From positions 10,011 to 74,010 of IMG/VR virus record IMGVR_UViG_3300014204_000001: a stretch of 64,000 nt of DNA; one strand, written 5' to 3'. The number at the start of each line of letters is the position of its first letter. Position 1 is the stretch's first letter. The notes beneath the pieces were generated by a model. That model did no database searches and was not told where the DNA came from. It worked only from the letters and a program-made list of their open reading frames with translations. This DNA is from a virus. Its lineage: Duplodnaviria; Heunggongvirae; Uroviricota; Caudoviricetes. The position numbers and the translations under genes were made by a program. Below are positions 48,236 through 56,759 of this stretch, piece by piece.

Positions 48236-48742
48236 TTACTTCCTCCAGTTCGTTTCACGAGGAAGATCTTCTGGGCTCTCAGGAAAGAGAGTGGTCCAGC
48301 AGTCAGGCGCTTTCAGGACAAGGCCGTACTGTGCGTAGATTGGCCACATGTACGGATCATCGTCGATGAAGAGGAAACCGCGGTCGCACTGGAGCGTCTG
48401 AACCAGGTTCTGAATGTGTGCGCACTTGTACTCGCTTGGCTTGAGCAGATTGCCGACAGGCCGCATGAGCAGCCACTCTTCGGGAACGACGATGTCGAAG
48501 TTCTGGCTGAGCCAAACCGACGTGGTATCGCGCAACATCTCATTGCGGCCGGTGAGGAAGATCAGATCGGTATTGAGTTGACGCAGCTGCTCCAAGCCAC
48601 GCTTGGCTCCAGGTATGACCGTGTCCTTGGCTACGCGGTTCGGGCAGAGGAATCCCTCCCAGTCCTTTAACTCCTTCTCAAGGAAGTGACTGCGATGTGT
48701 GTTGTCGGCGAGGGTTCCGTCGATGTCGATGATTGCGTACAT
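48236..48742 (-). CDS. HAD-family phosphatase (T4 PNK 3'-phosphatase-like)
   Basis: DIDGTLA, FLTGR, LLMRP, FIDD. Confidence 0.85.
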   Translation of the reverse strand: MYAIIDIDGTLADNTHRSHFLEKELKDWEGFLCPNRVAKDTVIPGAKRGLEQLRQLNTDLIFLTGRNEMLRDTTSVWLSQNFDIVVPEEWLLMRPVGNLLKPSEYKCAHIQNLVQTLQCDRGFLFIDDDPYMWPIYAQYGLVLKAPDCWTTLFPESPEDLPRETNWRK

Positions 48743-48749
48743 GCCGCTC

Positions 48750-48937
48750 CTAGGTCTCGTTGGGCACTGGCGCGATGTGCATGTCGCCCTGGATATTGGC
48801 GGTAACCCTGCAGGGGATGAAAGTCAAGGTAACGAGGGGCACGCCGGCAAACTTCGTTAGGCACTTCAACGGTTCACCATCAAGCTTGACGAGAGTGTTC
48901 CGTCCACGAACACCTCTACCGTGTGCTGAGCGGGCAT
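48750..48937 (-). pseudogene. Small gene with an apparent 2-nt frameshift
   Basis: GGAG RBS and ATG 48937; removing one CT at 48891-48895 gives a 61-aa ORF ending just before the next RBS. Confidence 0.45.
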
Positions 48938-48990
48938 GTAGTACTCCAAGCTCCGCCGAGTAGTCGGCGGAGCTGGGTGATCAGAAGGTG

Positions 48991-49155
48991 TTACGCGCGG
49001 GTCAGCTTCTCGACCTTGCGCCACAACTTCTTCCGGCCCTCGCTCTCGATAGTGGCGATCTTGCCATCATCCGAGAAAGCGATGACCTTGCCGGTGACGG
49101 TACCGCGGCCGATGTTGAACTGCACCTTGCTACCCTTGCGGATGTCCTGAGACAT
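48991..49155 (-). CDS. Small SH3/KOW-like protein
   Basis: IRKGSKVQF..G...TGKV; AGGAG RBS. Confidence 0.75.
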   Translation of the reverse strand: MSQDIRKGSKVQFNIGRGTVTGKVIAFSDDGKIATIESEGRKKLWRKVEKLTRA

Positions 49156-49216
49156 TGCTGCGCTCCTTGATGCCCGGATCACCGGGCGGGTTGTTACGGC
49201 CTTTACGCCGTAAAGT

Positions 49217-49534
49217 TCATTTCTTGTTGCGGGGTTGGCAATTGACCGAACCGAAACCTTCGACAGTAACCTTGGTCCGGTCAGGGGTGTGCATGTGCAC
49301 AGGAAGGCCGCAGATGGCGCAAAGCTCAGCCTCTTTGTTCGTGGTGACAACACAGTATGCATCGCAGCGCTTGCAGATCAGCTTACCGCAAACGGTGGCG
49401 TCTGCGTCCACGATCTCGAGGTTGTGCTCCTGCGTGCAGTACTTCGGGCCAAAGGTGCGCTCGTAACCAGCGGTGTACTCCTTACCACCGTAGTCGAATC
49501 GCATCGGTCCCTTCTGAAGATACTGTTCAGGCAT
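49217..49534 (-). CDS. Cys/His-rich hypothetical protein
   Basis: CTQEH, CKRC, CAIC..H.H. Confidence 0.7.
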   Translation of the reverse strand: MPEQYLQKGPMRFDYGGKEYTAGYERTFGPKYCTQEHNLEIVDADATVCGKLICKRCDAYCVVTTNKEAELCAICGLPVHMHTPDRTKVTVEGFGSVNCQPRNKK

Positions 49535-49718
49535 TCGGCACCTTCTTGATCTTGCGGCGTGCAAGGAAAAGTTTCTGTGCAGCGAGTAGGACCGCAGTTT
49601 CTTTTTCGAGGATATCGAGGCGGGGTTGGTGTGCGCCACGCTTCACGTCGTACCAGAGCTCTCCATAAGCCATCGCAGCTTCATCGAGCTCCGCCTGAAG
49701 TTTCTCTAGCTTCGTCAC
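49527..49718 (-). CDS. Small helical hypothetical protein
   Basis: Overlaps the next gene; start uncertain. Confidence 0.55.
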   Translation of the reverse strand: MTKLEKLQAELDEAAMAYGELWYDVKRGAHQPRLDILEKETAVLLAAQKLFLARRKIKKVPNA

Positions 49719-49825
49719 AGTGTTATCTCGAACCAAAAAAACAAACCCCACTCGTAAAGTCGACCACTTCAACCTTACGAATGGGGTTTTACCGTATCGC
49801 TCGAGGGCACGTCAAGCGGATTCGA

Positions 49826-50167
49826 CTACAAATCGTCGTAACCGCATATTTGGCACTGACTAGACATGAAACCGGAGACCCATGCACTAGTTCCGTCCGG
49901 ATACTTGTGCTCGCATTGGCGCATCAACTGCGCGCCAATTTCGATACACACTTTCCGCTCAGCTTTTAGGTGTTCGATCTGCTCGTCGAGATGCCTTCGG
50001 TGTACTCGCAGAGCCTCTTTTACACGGCCTGCATCCGCCTGCTTCATGTGTTCCAGGATCAGTGGTTCGAATGATGTTGGGCCGTAGAGGCACTTGTTGT
50101 TATCAGCGTGTTCTTCCTTGATCGTGAGGCAGTGGCGGCAGCAGAAGGGTATTTCTGTCTTGTTCAC
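49826..50167 (-). CDS. Protein with an N-terminal Cx2C-x6-H-x5-CLYGP module and a C-terminal Zn site
   Basis: CRHCLTIKEEHADNNKCLYGPTSFEP; GTGA overlap. Confidence 0.8.
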   Translation of the reverse strand: MNKTEIPFCCRHCLTIKEEHADNNKCLYGPTSFEPLILEHMKQADAGRVKEALRVHRRHLDEQIEHLKAERKVCIEIGAQLMRQCEHKYPDGTSAWVSGFMSSQCQICGYDDL

Positions 50168-50358
50168 GCATTCTCCTTGTGTCGCCGACGGTTGAACTCT
50201 ACCAGGACAGACCGATACTTCTCGGGCACAGCTCTCCCCGGTTGAACGTCGGTAATCGGTTCGAAGGACGTCGGAGCGTAGAGGCACTTCTGCTCTGCGT
50301 GATCATCCTTGTGCAATAGGCAATTCGCGCACCACTCGTCGAAGTCCTCGTACGTCAT
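50164..50358 (-). CDS. Small protein with a Cx2C-x6-H-x4-CLYAP module
   Basis: CANCLLHKDDHAEQKCLYAPTSFEP. Confidence 0.8.
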   Translation of the reverse strand: MTYEDFDEWCANCLLHKDDHAEQKCLYAPTSFEPITDVQPGRAVPEKYRSVLVEFNRRRHKENA

Positions 50359-50469
50359 GTAGAATTCTCTGGCTCGCCAAAGGGGCATCACGAATCTCCA
50401 GCTTTCCATGCGAAATACTTTCGCCTACGAGGGTATGAGAATATGTACCCAAAGCAGAAAGGAGTCCTT

Positions 50470-50676
50470 ATGCCTGAAGTAGTGATCACTCGCTATCACG
50501 GGGAGAAGGCCAAAAAGTTACGGGATCGCCTTCACATAGAGGCTGAGGAAGGTTTCGATGCGGTCGACGTTCACGAGATCGCGGGCGTTACTATGTTGGC
50601 GATCAACTGTAAGTTCGATGCCCCTCGATACATCCCACCAGTGGGTTACCAGGCAACATACCGCACGGTGAAGTAG
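50470..50676 (+). CDS. Small hypothetical protein
   Basis: AGGAG RBS. Confidence 0.7.
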   Translation: MPEVVITRYHGEKAKKLRDRLHIEAEEGFDAVDVHEIAGVTMLAINCKFDAPRYIPPVGYQATYRTVK

Positions 50677-50693
50677 TGCGGCTAGGAGGTAGC

Positions 50694-51008
50694 ATGCCAA
50701 AATTCGTGTGGGAGGTATCTCCACAGCTACTGGCGCTCAAAGCAAAGGTTCGAAAGGCTGAAGACGTTTACGGGGATGCCATGGGTAGATTCTACACGGG
50801 ACCCGAAAAGGGGAAGGGCGCACCTCCAGATAAGACGGCGATGTATGAGGCTGCCATGGAACTCTACCTGGAGCTGTGTCGAGGCATCCAGGCGATCCCC
50901 GACCCTCCCCCTGTGCTCACGCCCGAAGAACAGTTCTTCCAGAGTGATCGGGAGAACTGGGCGAGGGAACGGGCGAAGCGGGACTTCATCAAGCCTGAGG
51001 AGGATTAG
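50694..51008 (+). CDS. Hypothetical protein
   Basis: GGAGG RBS. Confidence 0.75.
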   Translation: MPKFVWEVSPQLLALKAKVRKAEDVYGDAMGRFYTGPEKGKGAPPDKTAMYEAAMELYLELCRGIQAIPDPPPVLTPEEQFFQSDRENWARERAKRDFIKPEED

Positions 51009-51011
51009 GAT

Positions 51012-51053
51012 CCACTGCTCCGGGGATGCGTTCCCGGAGCAGTGGTTTCTTTT
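51012..51053 (+). terminator. Terminator between convergent genes
   Basis: 13-bp CCACTGCTCCGGG/CCCGGAGCAGTGG followed by a T tract. Confidence 0.8.
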
Positions 51054-51055
51054 GC

Positions 51056-51568
51056 CTAGACCGAAGCGTCACGGACGGACAATGTACCGTCGCCTCGCAG
51101 CTTCGCCGTCACCTTCATCGCGAGTGCCAGCGAACTGAACTCGTGCGGCCGGTCGGTGACTTCCTTTCCAATCCAGGGCGGTCGGGTGAACTGCTGGTTC
51201 TCGTGGTTGAGCTCTACTTCGGCGATCCAGAAGTCGAGCGCAGGAACGTAGTCGAGGAGCCACCCATCGCCCATCTCTCGTCGGTTCTTCGAAATAACGA
51301 CAGGGCACATCGTGAGAAGAGCAAAGCCGAACTTGGGAAAAATCTCTGTCTCGAGCTCCTCGCGCACCAACATACCCGCGTTCTTCACGGTGAGGTAGGC
51401 GCGCGGCACATCGTCTGGCTGACTGGTCGTCACCACGCGTACGCGTACCACAGGGGCAGTGACCGAGAGGTAGCCCTGTGTGATCTTCTGCACCTTCATC
51501 GCCTCCTCCTTGGTGAGCGAGGGGATGAGGTCCGGGTGAACAAGGAACTTGCGCTCGATTTCCTTCAT
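51056..51568 (-). CDS. CYTH-domain (triphosphate tunnel) protein
   Basis: EIERKFLV, QGYL, VRVR, LTVK, REELE.EI, KNRR, IAEVE. Confidence 0.92.
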   Translation of the reverse strand: MKEIERKFLVHPDLIPSLTKEEAMKVQKITQGYLSVTAPVVRVRVVTTSQPDDVPRAYLTVKNAGMLVREELETEIFPKFGFALLTMCPVVISKNRREMGDGWLLDYVPALDFWIAEVELNHENQQFTRPPWIGKEVTDRPHEFSSLALAMKVTAKLRGDGTLSVRDASV

Positions 51569-51870
51569 GTCCAACTCCTGTCTTTTTCGACAATGTCGTC
51601 GACAATCGCGTGTATCTCGTCAGAGGTATACTTGCTATCACGGATATTCAAGGGTTCGAAGAGGGTAGGCGAATACGGACACCAACCCCCAGTAGAATGA
51701 TCGTGGTAATGAAAGTGACAGTGGGCACAGGCTTCGTTAAATACTGTCTCAGACTGTTTTCGGCCGATGAACCGCGGGCCTCTATTTTTCTCGCACCACT
51801 CTCCCGGGTCGAGATTCAAGCCCGGCGAGAGGTTCCAGCCCGACGATGAGCTGTTTTGCTTTGGGGTCAT
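51565..51870 (-). CDS. Protein with a variant Cx2C-x6-H-x5-CPYSP module
   Basis: CAHCHFHYHDHSTGGWCPYSPTLFEP; start uncertain (overlaps upstream gene). Confidence 0.65.
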   Translation of the reverse strand: MTPKQNSSSSGWNLSPGLNLDPGEWCEKNRGPRFIGRKQSETVFNEACAHCHFHYHDHSTGGWCPYSPTLFEPLNIRDSKYTSDEIHAIVDDIVEKDRSWT

Positions 51871-52060
51871 TCTCAAAGACCTCCGTGGCGCGTCGCTTGT
51901 CCTCGAAAGAACAAAGCCACTCGCCCTGTGCATCCTTGACGCCGTAGGCGCAGGGCCAGAAAATAAACTCCTCCGGGATCTTCCAGGTGCACGCCCTATC
52001 AGGCTTCTCTTCCTCGGGCTTCTTCGTTTTCAGCTCGAACATCGATTCCTGGTAAATCAT
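51782..52060 (-). CDS. Hypothetical protein
   Basis: ATG overlaps the TGA of the upstream module-bearing frame. Confidence 0.65.
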   Translation of the reverse strand: MIYQESMFELKTKKPEEEKPDRACTWKIPEEFIFWPCAYGVKDAQGEWLCSFEDKRRATEVFENDPKAKQLIVGLEPLAGLESRPGRVVREK

Positions 52061-52300
52061 CAGGGCTCCCAGGACGTGGGGGAATACAGGCACTTATCCT
52101 TGGCGTGATCTTCTTTGGGCATGTAGCAGTTACGACACACGTGCGATAGTCGTATAGTCGCTATTGACTTCTGTGAGGTCAATCCAACCTTTGGTGGTAT
52201 ACCCCGTAACGGGGTAGAGCGCATCCTGCAGAGTTGTCACTAGGTAGTACGGCAAACACCGCCTAATGAAACTGCCTATCGGGAACATGTTGTCTAGCAT
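52060..52300 (-). pseudogene. Frameshifted SH3-like + Cx2C-x6-H-x4-CLYSP gene
   Basis: MFPIGSFIRR... in one frame and VCRNCYMPKEDHAKDKCLYSPTSWEP* in the adjacent frame; break near 52141. Confidence 0.7.
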
Positions 52301-52316
52301 CCCTGCTGATACCATG

Positions 52317-52346
52317 AAAAAGGCCACCCCTGTGGAGAGGTGGCCT
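52317..52346 (-). terminator. Rho-independent terminator
   Basis: AGGCCACC/GGTGGCCT followed by Ts on the minus strand. Confidence 0.7.
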
Positions 52347-52367
52347 CGATCTTGGTAACTTCTTGCT

Positions 52368-52661
52368 TTACGCCGTAATGAACCACCGAAGCAGACTAGC
52401 TGCTTTCATCTGCTGGTTCTTGAAGGCTCCAAGACGTGGGTCCGCAGAGAGGTCCATCGATTGCAGGTAATCCGCACGTAGGTTGGTTTGCTGCTGCGGC
52501 GTCAAGCCTGGAAGACCTTTGGCGATATTGGCTCCAAGGCCTCCAGAGTGGAGCTTTCGGGCCAGCGCTGCGCGCTCGCTGTTGACGTTGAGGCCGAAGG
52601 TCGCGGCTGCCGCTCGAGAGCCTGCGGCGCGGGCCAGTGTGGGTGCAAGAGGTAGAGGCAT
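52368..52661 (-). CDS. Isolated Ala/Leu-rich protein, possibly a late gene
   Basis: ATG 52661 preceded closely by CTATACT; own terminator. Confidence 0.65.
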   Translation of the reverse strand: MPLPLAPTLARAAGSRAAAATFGLNVNSERAALARKLHSGGLGANIAKGLPGLTPQQQTNLRADYLQSMDLSADPRLGAFKNQQMKAASLLRWFITA

Positions 52662-52722
52662 GTCGAGAGTATAGGACAAAAAGGAGGGTATAAGTACTTG
52701 AACCCGCGCCTAGGAGGCTACT

Positions 52723-53019
52723 GTGACTGAGACCCTTCGTGAGACTGTGACCCGCTATGCCGACGCGTTCCTACTGGCCGGAAACGACTACAATATGGAC
52801 GAGCGTATCCTCGTGACCTTCGCTGGCGCAGAGAGGCTGGTGTTCCGCCAGGTCGGCCGAAACGCCACGCACCTTTTCTACCTGGCAGTGGACTCCCATA
52901 ATCGCCTCTGGCACGCAAGCGCCGCTTTTGACAGGGACGCAGATCTCGCCGAGTTCTTTGCCCAGGTCTGTCAGAGCGTCCACCAGGACAACGACTTCGG
53001 CTATCTCGGGCATCACTGA
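52723..53019 (+). CDS. Hypothetical protein
   Basis: AGGAGG RBS, GTG start. Confidence 0.75.
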   Translation: MTETLRETVTRYADAFLLAGNDYNMDERILVTFAGAERLVFRQVGRNATHLFYLAVDSHNRLWHASAAFDRDADLAEFFAQVCQSVHQDNDFGYLGHH

Positions 53020-53021
53020 TT

Positions 53022-53053
53022 GAAGCGCCCCTCCGTGGGCGCTTCTTTTTTTT
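53022..53053 (+). terminator. Rho-independent terminator
   Basis: GAAGCGCCC/GGGCGCTTC followed by T8. Confidence 0.9.
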
Positions 53054-53108
53054 GCGCAGGAGTTTGGTATTAGATAGGCGCAGTGGACTCGTTGCTTGGG
53101 AGTGTCTA

Positions 53109-53468
53109 ATGAGTGGCGATGCTTTTTGGGGCTTCATCTTCAGTGCAGGCGTAGCCAGTGGGGTCGGCATTCCGCTTTACCTGAATGGTCACACCTGGCC
53201 AGCCACCGTCACAGGCTGTGTATTCATGGCCCTGTGGGGTATCCCGCTGGCCGCAGTTCCCCTTGGGCGCTGGGCGGCTGACAAACTCGAAGGCCGGTTG
53301 ATTCTCGGCCGTGCCGTGCGCGAGGCTAAGTCTCAGGCCACTGTGGAGGAGATCAACCTGCGTCACCAGCTCGAGATGGAGAGGATCAGATTCAAGCTCA
53401 GGGCAATGTACGTCGAAGATGGTGTGGAGATCCCCAATGTCCATCGTTCCGTACGTAAAAGGGGATAG
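53109..53468 (+). CDS. Two-TM membrane protein
   Basis: Two hydrophobic helices. Confidence 0.7.
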   Translation: MSGDAFWGFIFSAGVASGVGIPLYLNGHTWPATVTGCVFMALWGIPLAAVPLGRWAADKLEGRLILGRAVREAKSQATVEEINLRHQLEMERIRFKLRAMYVEDGVEIPNVHRSVRKRG

Positions 53469-53721
53469 AGTTCGGCTGCTACGGAGCACCGCCGACTACT
53501 ACGAGTACTTCCCTGAGGATCCGTACAGTCGCGGAACGATCATCGCGATATTACCGAACAACGAGCTCCAAGTTCGTTGGGACGCCTGGGCGTACTACTA
53601 CAAATTCCATGCTTACGTAGTCGAGCCGCTGTGTGCCAACTGCCTTATGATCCACGAGGAACACGCCGCGGACGGCAAATGTCTCTATGCGCCTACCTAT
53701 TGGAAGGGAGCTGATCCGTGA
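53437..53721 (+). CDS. SH3-like + Cx2C-x6-H-x5-CLYAP protein
   Basis: YVKGDRVRL...V.WD...CANCLMIHEEHAADGKCLYAPTYW. Confidence 0.8.
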   Translation: MSIVPYVKGDRVRLLRSTADYYEYFPEDPYSRGTIIAILPNNELQVRWDAWAYYYKFHAYVVEPLCANCLMIHEEHAADGKCLYAPTYWKGADP

Positions 53722-53960
53722 TGAATCGTCGTTTACACAAACCGGCGCGCGGCGACGCGTGCTCAGTATCCAAGCCCTTTCGCAATACGCAAGGGCTAGT
53801 TATTGGGAACTGCTCGGCTGGTGTTCTTGTCGAGTTTCCAGGTATAAAAAACTGCGACTGGGTCGAACTGCAGCACTGCGGCATGCCGCGCTCAGATCAC
53901 GCGGGTGACAAATGCCTCTATGGGCCCACCAGCTTTGTGCCGGAAGGTATCACGTACTAA
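53718..53960 (+). CDS. Small protein with a partial module (first Cys missing)
   Basis: LQHCGMPRSDHAGDKCLYGPTSF. Confidence 0.75.
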   Translation: MMNRRLHKPARGDACSVSKPFRNTQGLVIGNCSAGVLVEFPGIKNCDWVELQHCGMPRSDHAGDKCLYGPTSFVPEGITY

Positions 53961-53964
53961 CAGC

Positions 53965-54411
53965 ATGCACCTACTACGAGCCAAAATGACTGAGCCCCAA
54001 GTATACTACATGCGCGCACAAGGTGTCAGGTTCGACCTTGCGTGGTACGACGAATATCGCGACTGCGTTTGCTGCGAGATTGATGGCCCTCGCGAATCCC
54101 CTACGTACACCAGCTATATCGCCTTCGATAAGCGTCAGCGGATCATAGGTGTGCTCGTAGGTATACAAAAGGGCTTTACTTGGACCAGCCACGGTACGCT
54201 GGTCCGGCCGCACTGGCGAAAGTTGGGTGTGGCCATGAAACTCTGGGAGCAGATGCTTCAAGTGGAGCAACCCCGCTCCGTCTACGTGACCCTCGTCTCC
54301 GACCGGGGAAAGACGCTCGTTGAATCGCTGAAACAGAAATACCAGGCAGTACACTGGGAAGTCTACGACGACGGCGCGCGGCCTCTCCGGCGCCTCAAGA
54401 AAAGGAAGTAA
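53965..54411 (+). CDS. GNAT-family acetyltransferase-like protein
   Basis: IIGVL.G, TLVRPHWRKLGVAMKLW (motif A). Confidence 0.75.
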   Translation: MHLLRAKMTEPQVYYMRAQGVRFDLAWYDEYRDCVCCEIDGPRESPTYTSYIAFDKRQRIIGVLVGIQKGFTWTSHGTLVRPHWRKLGVAMKLWEQMLQVEQPRSVYVTLVSDRGKTLVESLKQKYQAVHWEVYDDGARPLRRLKKRK

Positions 54412-54414
54412 TCA

Positions 54415-54621
54415 TTGAGATCGTTGAATTTGACACAGAAATCCCGTCCCGTCCGGCGAGGAGATGCAATTGTGCAGCAAGGTGACTTCGTCCGTCGCAG
54501 CGAATCCTGGGACACGCAGGACGCGGTAATGGGCTGGGCGTGGACTGACGAAGCCCTAGACGTCAAGACGAACCTGCGTCGTTGCAAGGTTTTACCACGT
54601 AAAGAAAGGCGCTGTGCATGA
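54415..54621 (+). CDS. Small hypothetical protein
   Basis: Fills the gap, ATGA overlap with the next gene; start uncertain. Confidence 0.5.
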   Translation: MRSLNLTQKSRPVRRGDAIVQQGDFVRRSESWDTQDAVMGWAWTDEALDVKTNLRRCKVLPRKERRCA

Positions 54622-54968
54622 AGGTTATATTGAACAGTAGACACGGCGAGTTCTCGTTATCTCTGAACGCAGTGAGGTACATGGCTAAACGAGGAGACCC
54701 CGGTGCCTTAGAGGAGCTCGAGGATCTGACGAACTTGCCTGAGGCCTACCAAAATTCGCTGTATCGCACAGTGGCGCGGGACAACCCCACCCTTCTCCAG
54801 GTGTTTAAGGTGCTGGGGCCTGAGAAAACCAGCGGAAGTTTCGCTGCGCTGGAGCTCGAGGAGATCGACGAAAGCCGACCCTGGTATGTAGAAGAGGATC
54901 GCGGTATCGAGCGAGTTGTCTACTTCGGGGATCAACACGGTATACCCCTAATGCGCGATTCGAAGTGA
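54618..54968 (+). CDS. Conserved phage hypothetical protein
   Basis: KVILN..HG.FSLS, RDNP.LLQV, EEDRG.E.V. Confidence 0.75.
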   Translation: MKVILNSRHGEFSLSLNAVRYMAKRGDPGALEELEDLTNLPEAYQNSLYRTVARDNPTLLQVFKVLGPEKTSGSFAALELEEIDESRPWYVEEDRGIERVVYFGDQHGIPLMRDSK

Positions 54969-55041
54969 TTGCGTGGTAAAAGAAAGCGATGCCAGACCCG
55001 ATGCCTGGTTCCGCTTTCTTTCTTTATATCAGGAGTTTGTC

Positions 55042-56151
55042 ATGACCGTTCAATGGCTCCCTAAGTTGTTCAAGAAGACCAGCACCGGTGTAGACCAGTA
55101 CTGGCAAATCGGCACCGAAGGCAATCGCATCTGCACTCACTGGGGTCAGGTTGGTGGTACCGAACAGATGACCCAGGACACTGTCGAGTCAGGCAAGAAC
55201 ATCGGCAAGAAGAACGAGACAACGCCCGTGGTTCAAGCGCAGCTTGAAGCACAGGCTACCTGGGAGAAGAAGCTCAAGAAGGGGTACGTCAAGGATCTCG
55301 CCGCGGCACAAGCCGGCGAGATCGACGAGTGCATCGAGGGTGGCGTCTTCCCCATGTTGGCTCACAAATTTAGTGAGCAGGGACACAAGATCAAGTATCC
55401 CTGCTTCGCCCAACCTAAGTTCGATGGGCACCGCTGTATTGCGGTGATCCGGGATGGTAAGGCTACGCTTTGGACCCGCACCCGCAAGCCTATCACAGGC
55501 TTGCCGCACATCGTCGAAGCCCTCGAGAAATTGCGGCCACAGCGTGACGCAGTTTACGACGGCGAGCTCTATAGCCACGAGTATCGGAAGGACTTCGAGA
55601 AGCTCTCGCACTTCATCCGCAGCGAGACGCCGGAACCCGGACACGAGATTGTCCAGTACCACATCTACGACGCTGCGATGAACGACAAGCCCTTCAAGGA
55701 ACGGTATCGCTACGTTCGCGGCCTCGGCAAGGGAGTCCTGGTGTCAGTGGAGACGATCTCCGTCGGCGACGAGGATGAGTTGATGCTCGCCTTTGAGCGC
55801 TTCCTTGAGCAAGGCTACGAGGGGGCGATGGCGCGCAATGCTGACGGGCTCTACGTCAACAAGCGCAGCTACGACTTGCAAAAGATCAAGCAATTCGACG
55901 ACGGAGAGTCCAAGGTCATCGGCGTAGAGGAGGGGCGCGGTAAGCTTAAGGGTCACGCAGTCTTCGTCTGCGAGTACGAGGGGCGGCCTTTCAACGCAAA
56001 GATGAAAGGCCGGCTCGAAGATCTCAAGCAGTACTGGGAGGCACCCGACCTTGCGCTTGGCCGCATGCTCACCGTTAAGTTCCAGGGTTACACCAAGAAG
56101 AACAACGTGCCCCGGTTCCCCGTGGCCCTGCGCTTCAGAGAGGATGTCTGA
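55042..56151 (+). CDS. ATP-dependent DNA ligase with N-terminal WGR-like domain
   Basis: PMLA, QPKFDGHRC, DGELY, YDA, EGAM.R, KIK, GRG, FQG, PRFPV. Confidence 0.95.
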   Translation: MTVQWLPKLFKKTSTGVDQYWQIGTEGNRICTHWGQVGGTEQMTQDTVESGKNIGKKNETTPVVQAQLEAQATWEKKLKKGYVKDLAAAQAGEIDECIEGGVFPMLAHKFSEQGHKIKYPCFAQPKFDGHRCIAVIRDGKATLWTRTRKPITGLPHIVEALEKLRPQRDAVYDGELYSHEYRKDFEKLSHFIRSETPEPGHEIVQYHIYDAAMNDKPFKERYRYVRGLGKGVLVSVETISVGDEDELMLAFERFLEQGYEGAMARNADGLYVNKRSYDLQKIKQFDDGESKVIGVEEGRGKLKGHAVFVCEYEGRPFNAKMKGRLEDLKQYWEAPDLALGRMLTVKFQGYTKKNNVPRFPVALRFREDV

Positions 56152-56741
56152 TGAGCATCAAGATCTACGAAGCTTACAGGCTCAAGCGCGGCGTCAAGTT
56201 GGATGAGTGGCTGATCAAGACCAGCGACAAAGCCGAGCGGGCTGTACACAAGAGGTTGAAGCGCGTCACTGATCACCTGATGGGAGACCCTCAGGTGTTC
56301 TTGGACCTGGTGAAAGAACACGAGCTCTCTGCTAAACGTCATCACCCGGATGAACAGGGGAAAGTCGGTGTGGTAGCTGCAACTAGCCTCATCTACGATC
56401 TCATGGGCGCCCAACTGCAGAGCCTCCTCAAGAGCGAGTGGGACCTGCGGGTATGGCTTAACGTCTACGTCTGGAAAAATCGCTATTACGTGATGCCGTA
56501 CATCGGGAGTCACATGCTCTACGGCTCTCTCGATTGTCTCAAGAATGACCCCGACCTGGAGGACTACTGCTACTTCAACAACACCGACCGCCCCGACAAC
56601 ATCCCGGCAAGGGAGTGGGGCGCCAGGCGCCGGGTCTGGAACGCGATGAACACGGACAAGGTGTGCCTTACCCGGTACATCTGCGACTACGATAATGGCG
56701 TCTGGCATCGCGTGAATCCGTGCAATCGCAGGTCGAAGTGA
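56151..56741 (+). CDS. Hypothetical protein
   Basis: YCYFNNTDRPD.I..EW..R..W pattern; TGATG overlap. Confidence 0.8.
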   Translation: MSIKIYEAYRLKRGVKLDEWLIKTSDKAERAVHKRLKRVTDHLMGDPQVFLDLVKEHELSAKRHHPDEQGKVGVVAATSLIYDLMGAQLQSLLKSEWDLRVWLNVYVWKNRYYVMPYIGSHMLYGSLDCLKNDPDLEDYCYFNNTDRPDNIPAREWGARRRVWNAMNTDKVCLTRYICDYDNGVWHRVNPCNRRSK

Positions 56742-56759
56742 TAGAAAGGAGCTTGGACG

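Noticed and set aside
26124-56151. Inteins or self-splicing introns in DinG, ThyX, RtcB or ligase
   Set aside because: Lengths and motif spacing are normal; no intein or homing-endonuclease signatures were seen.
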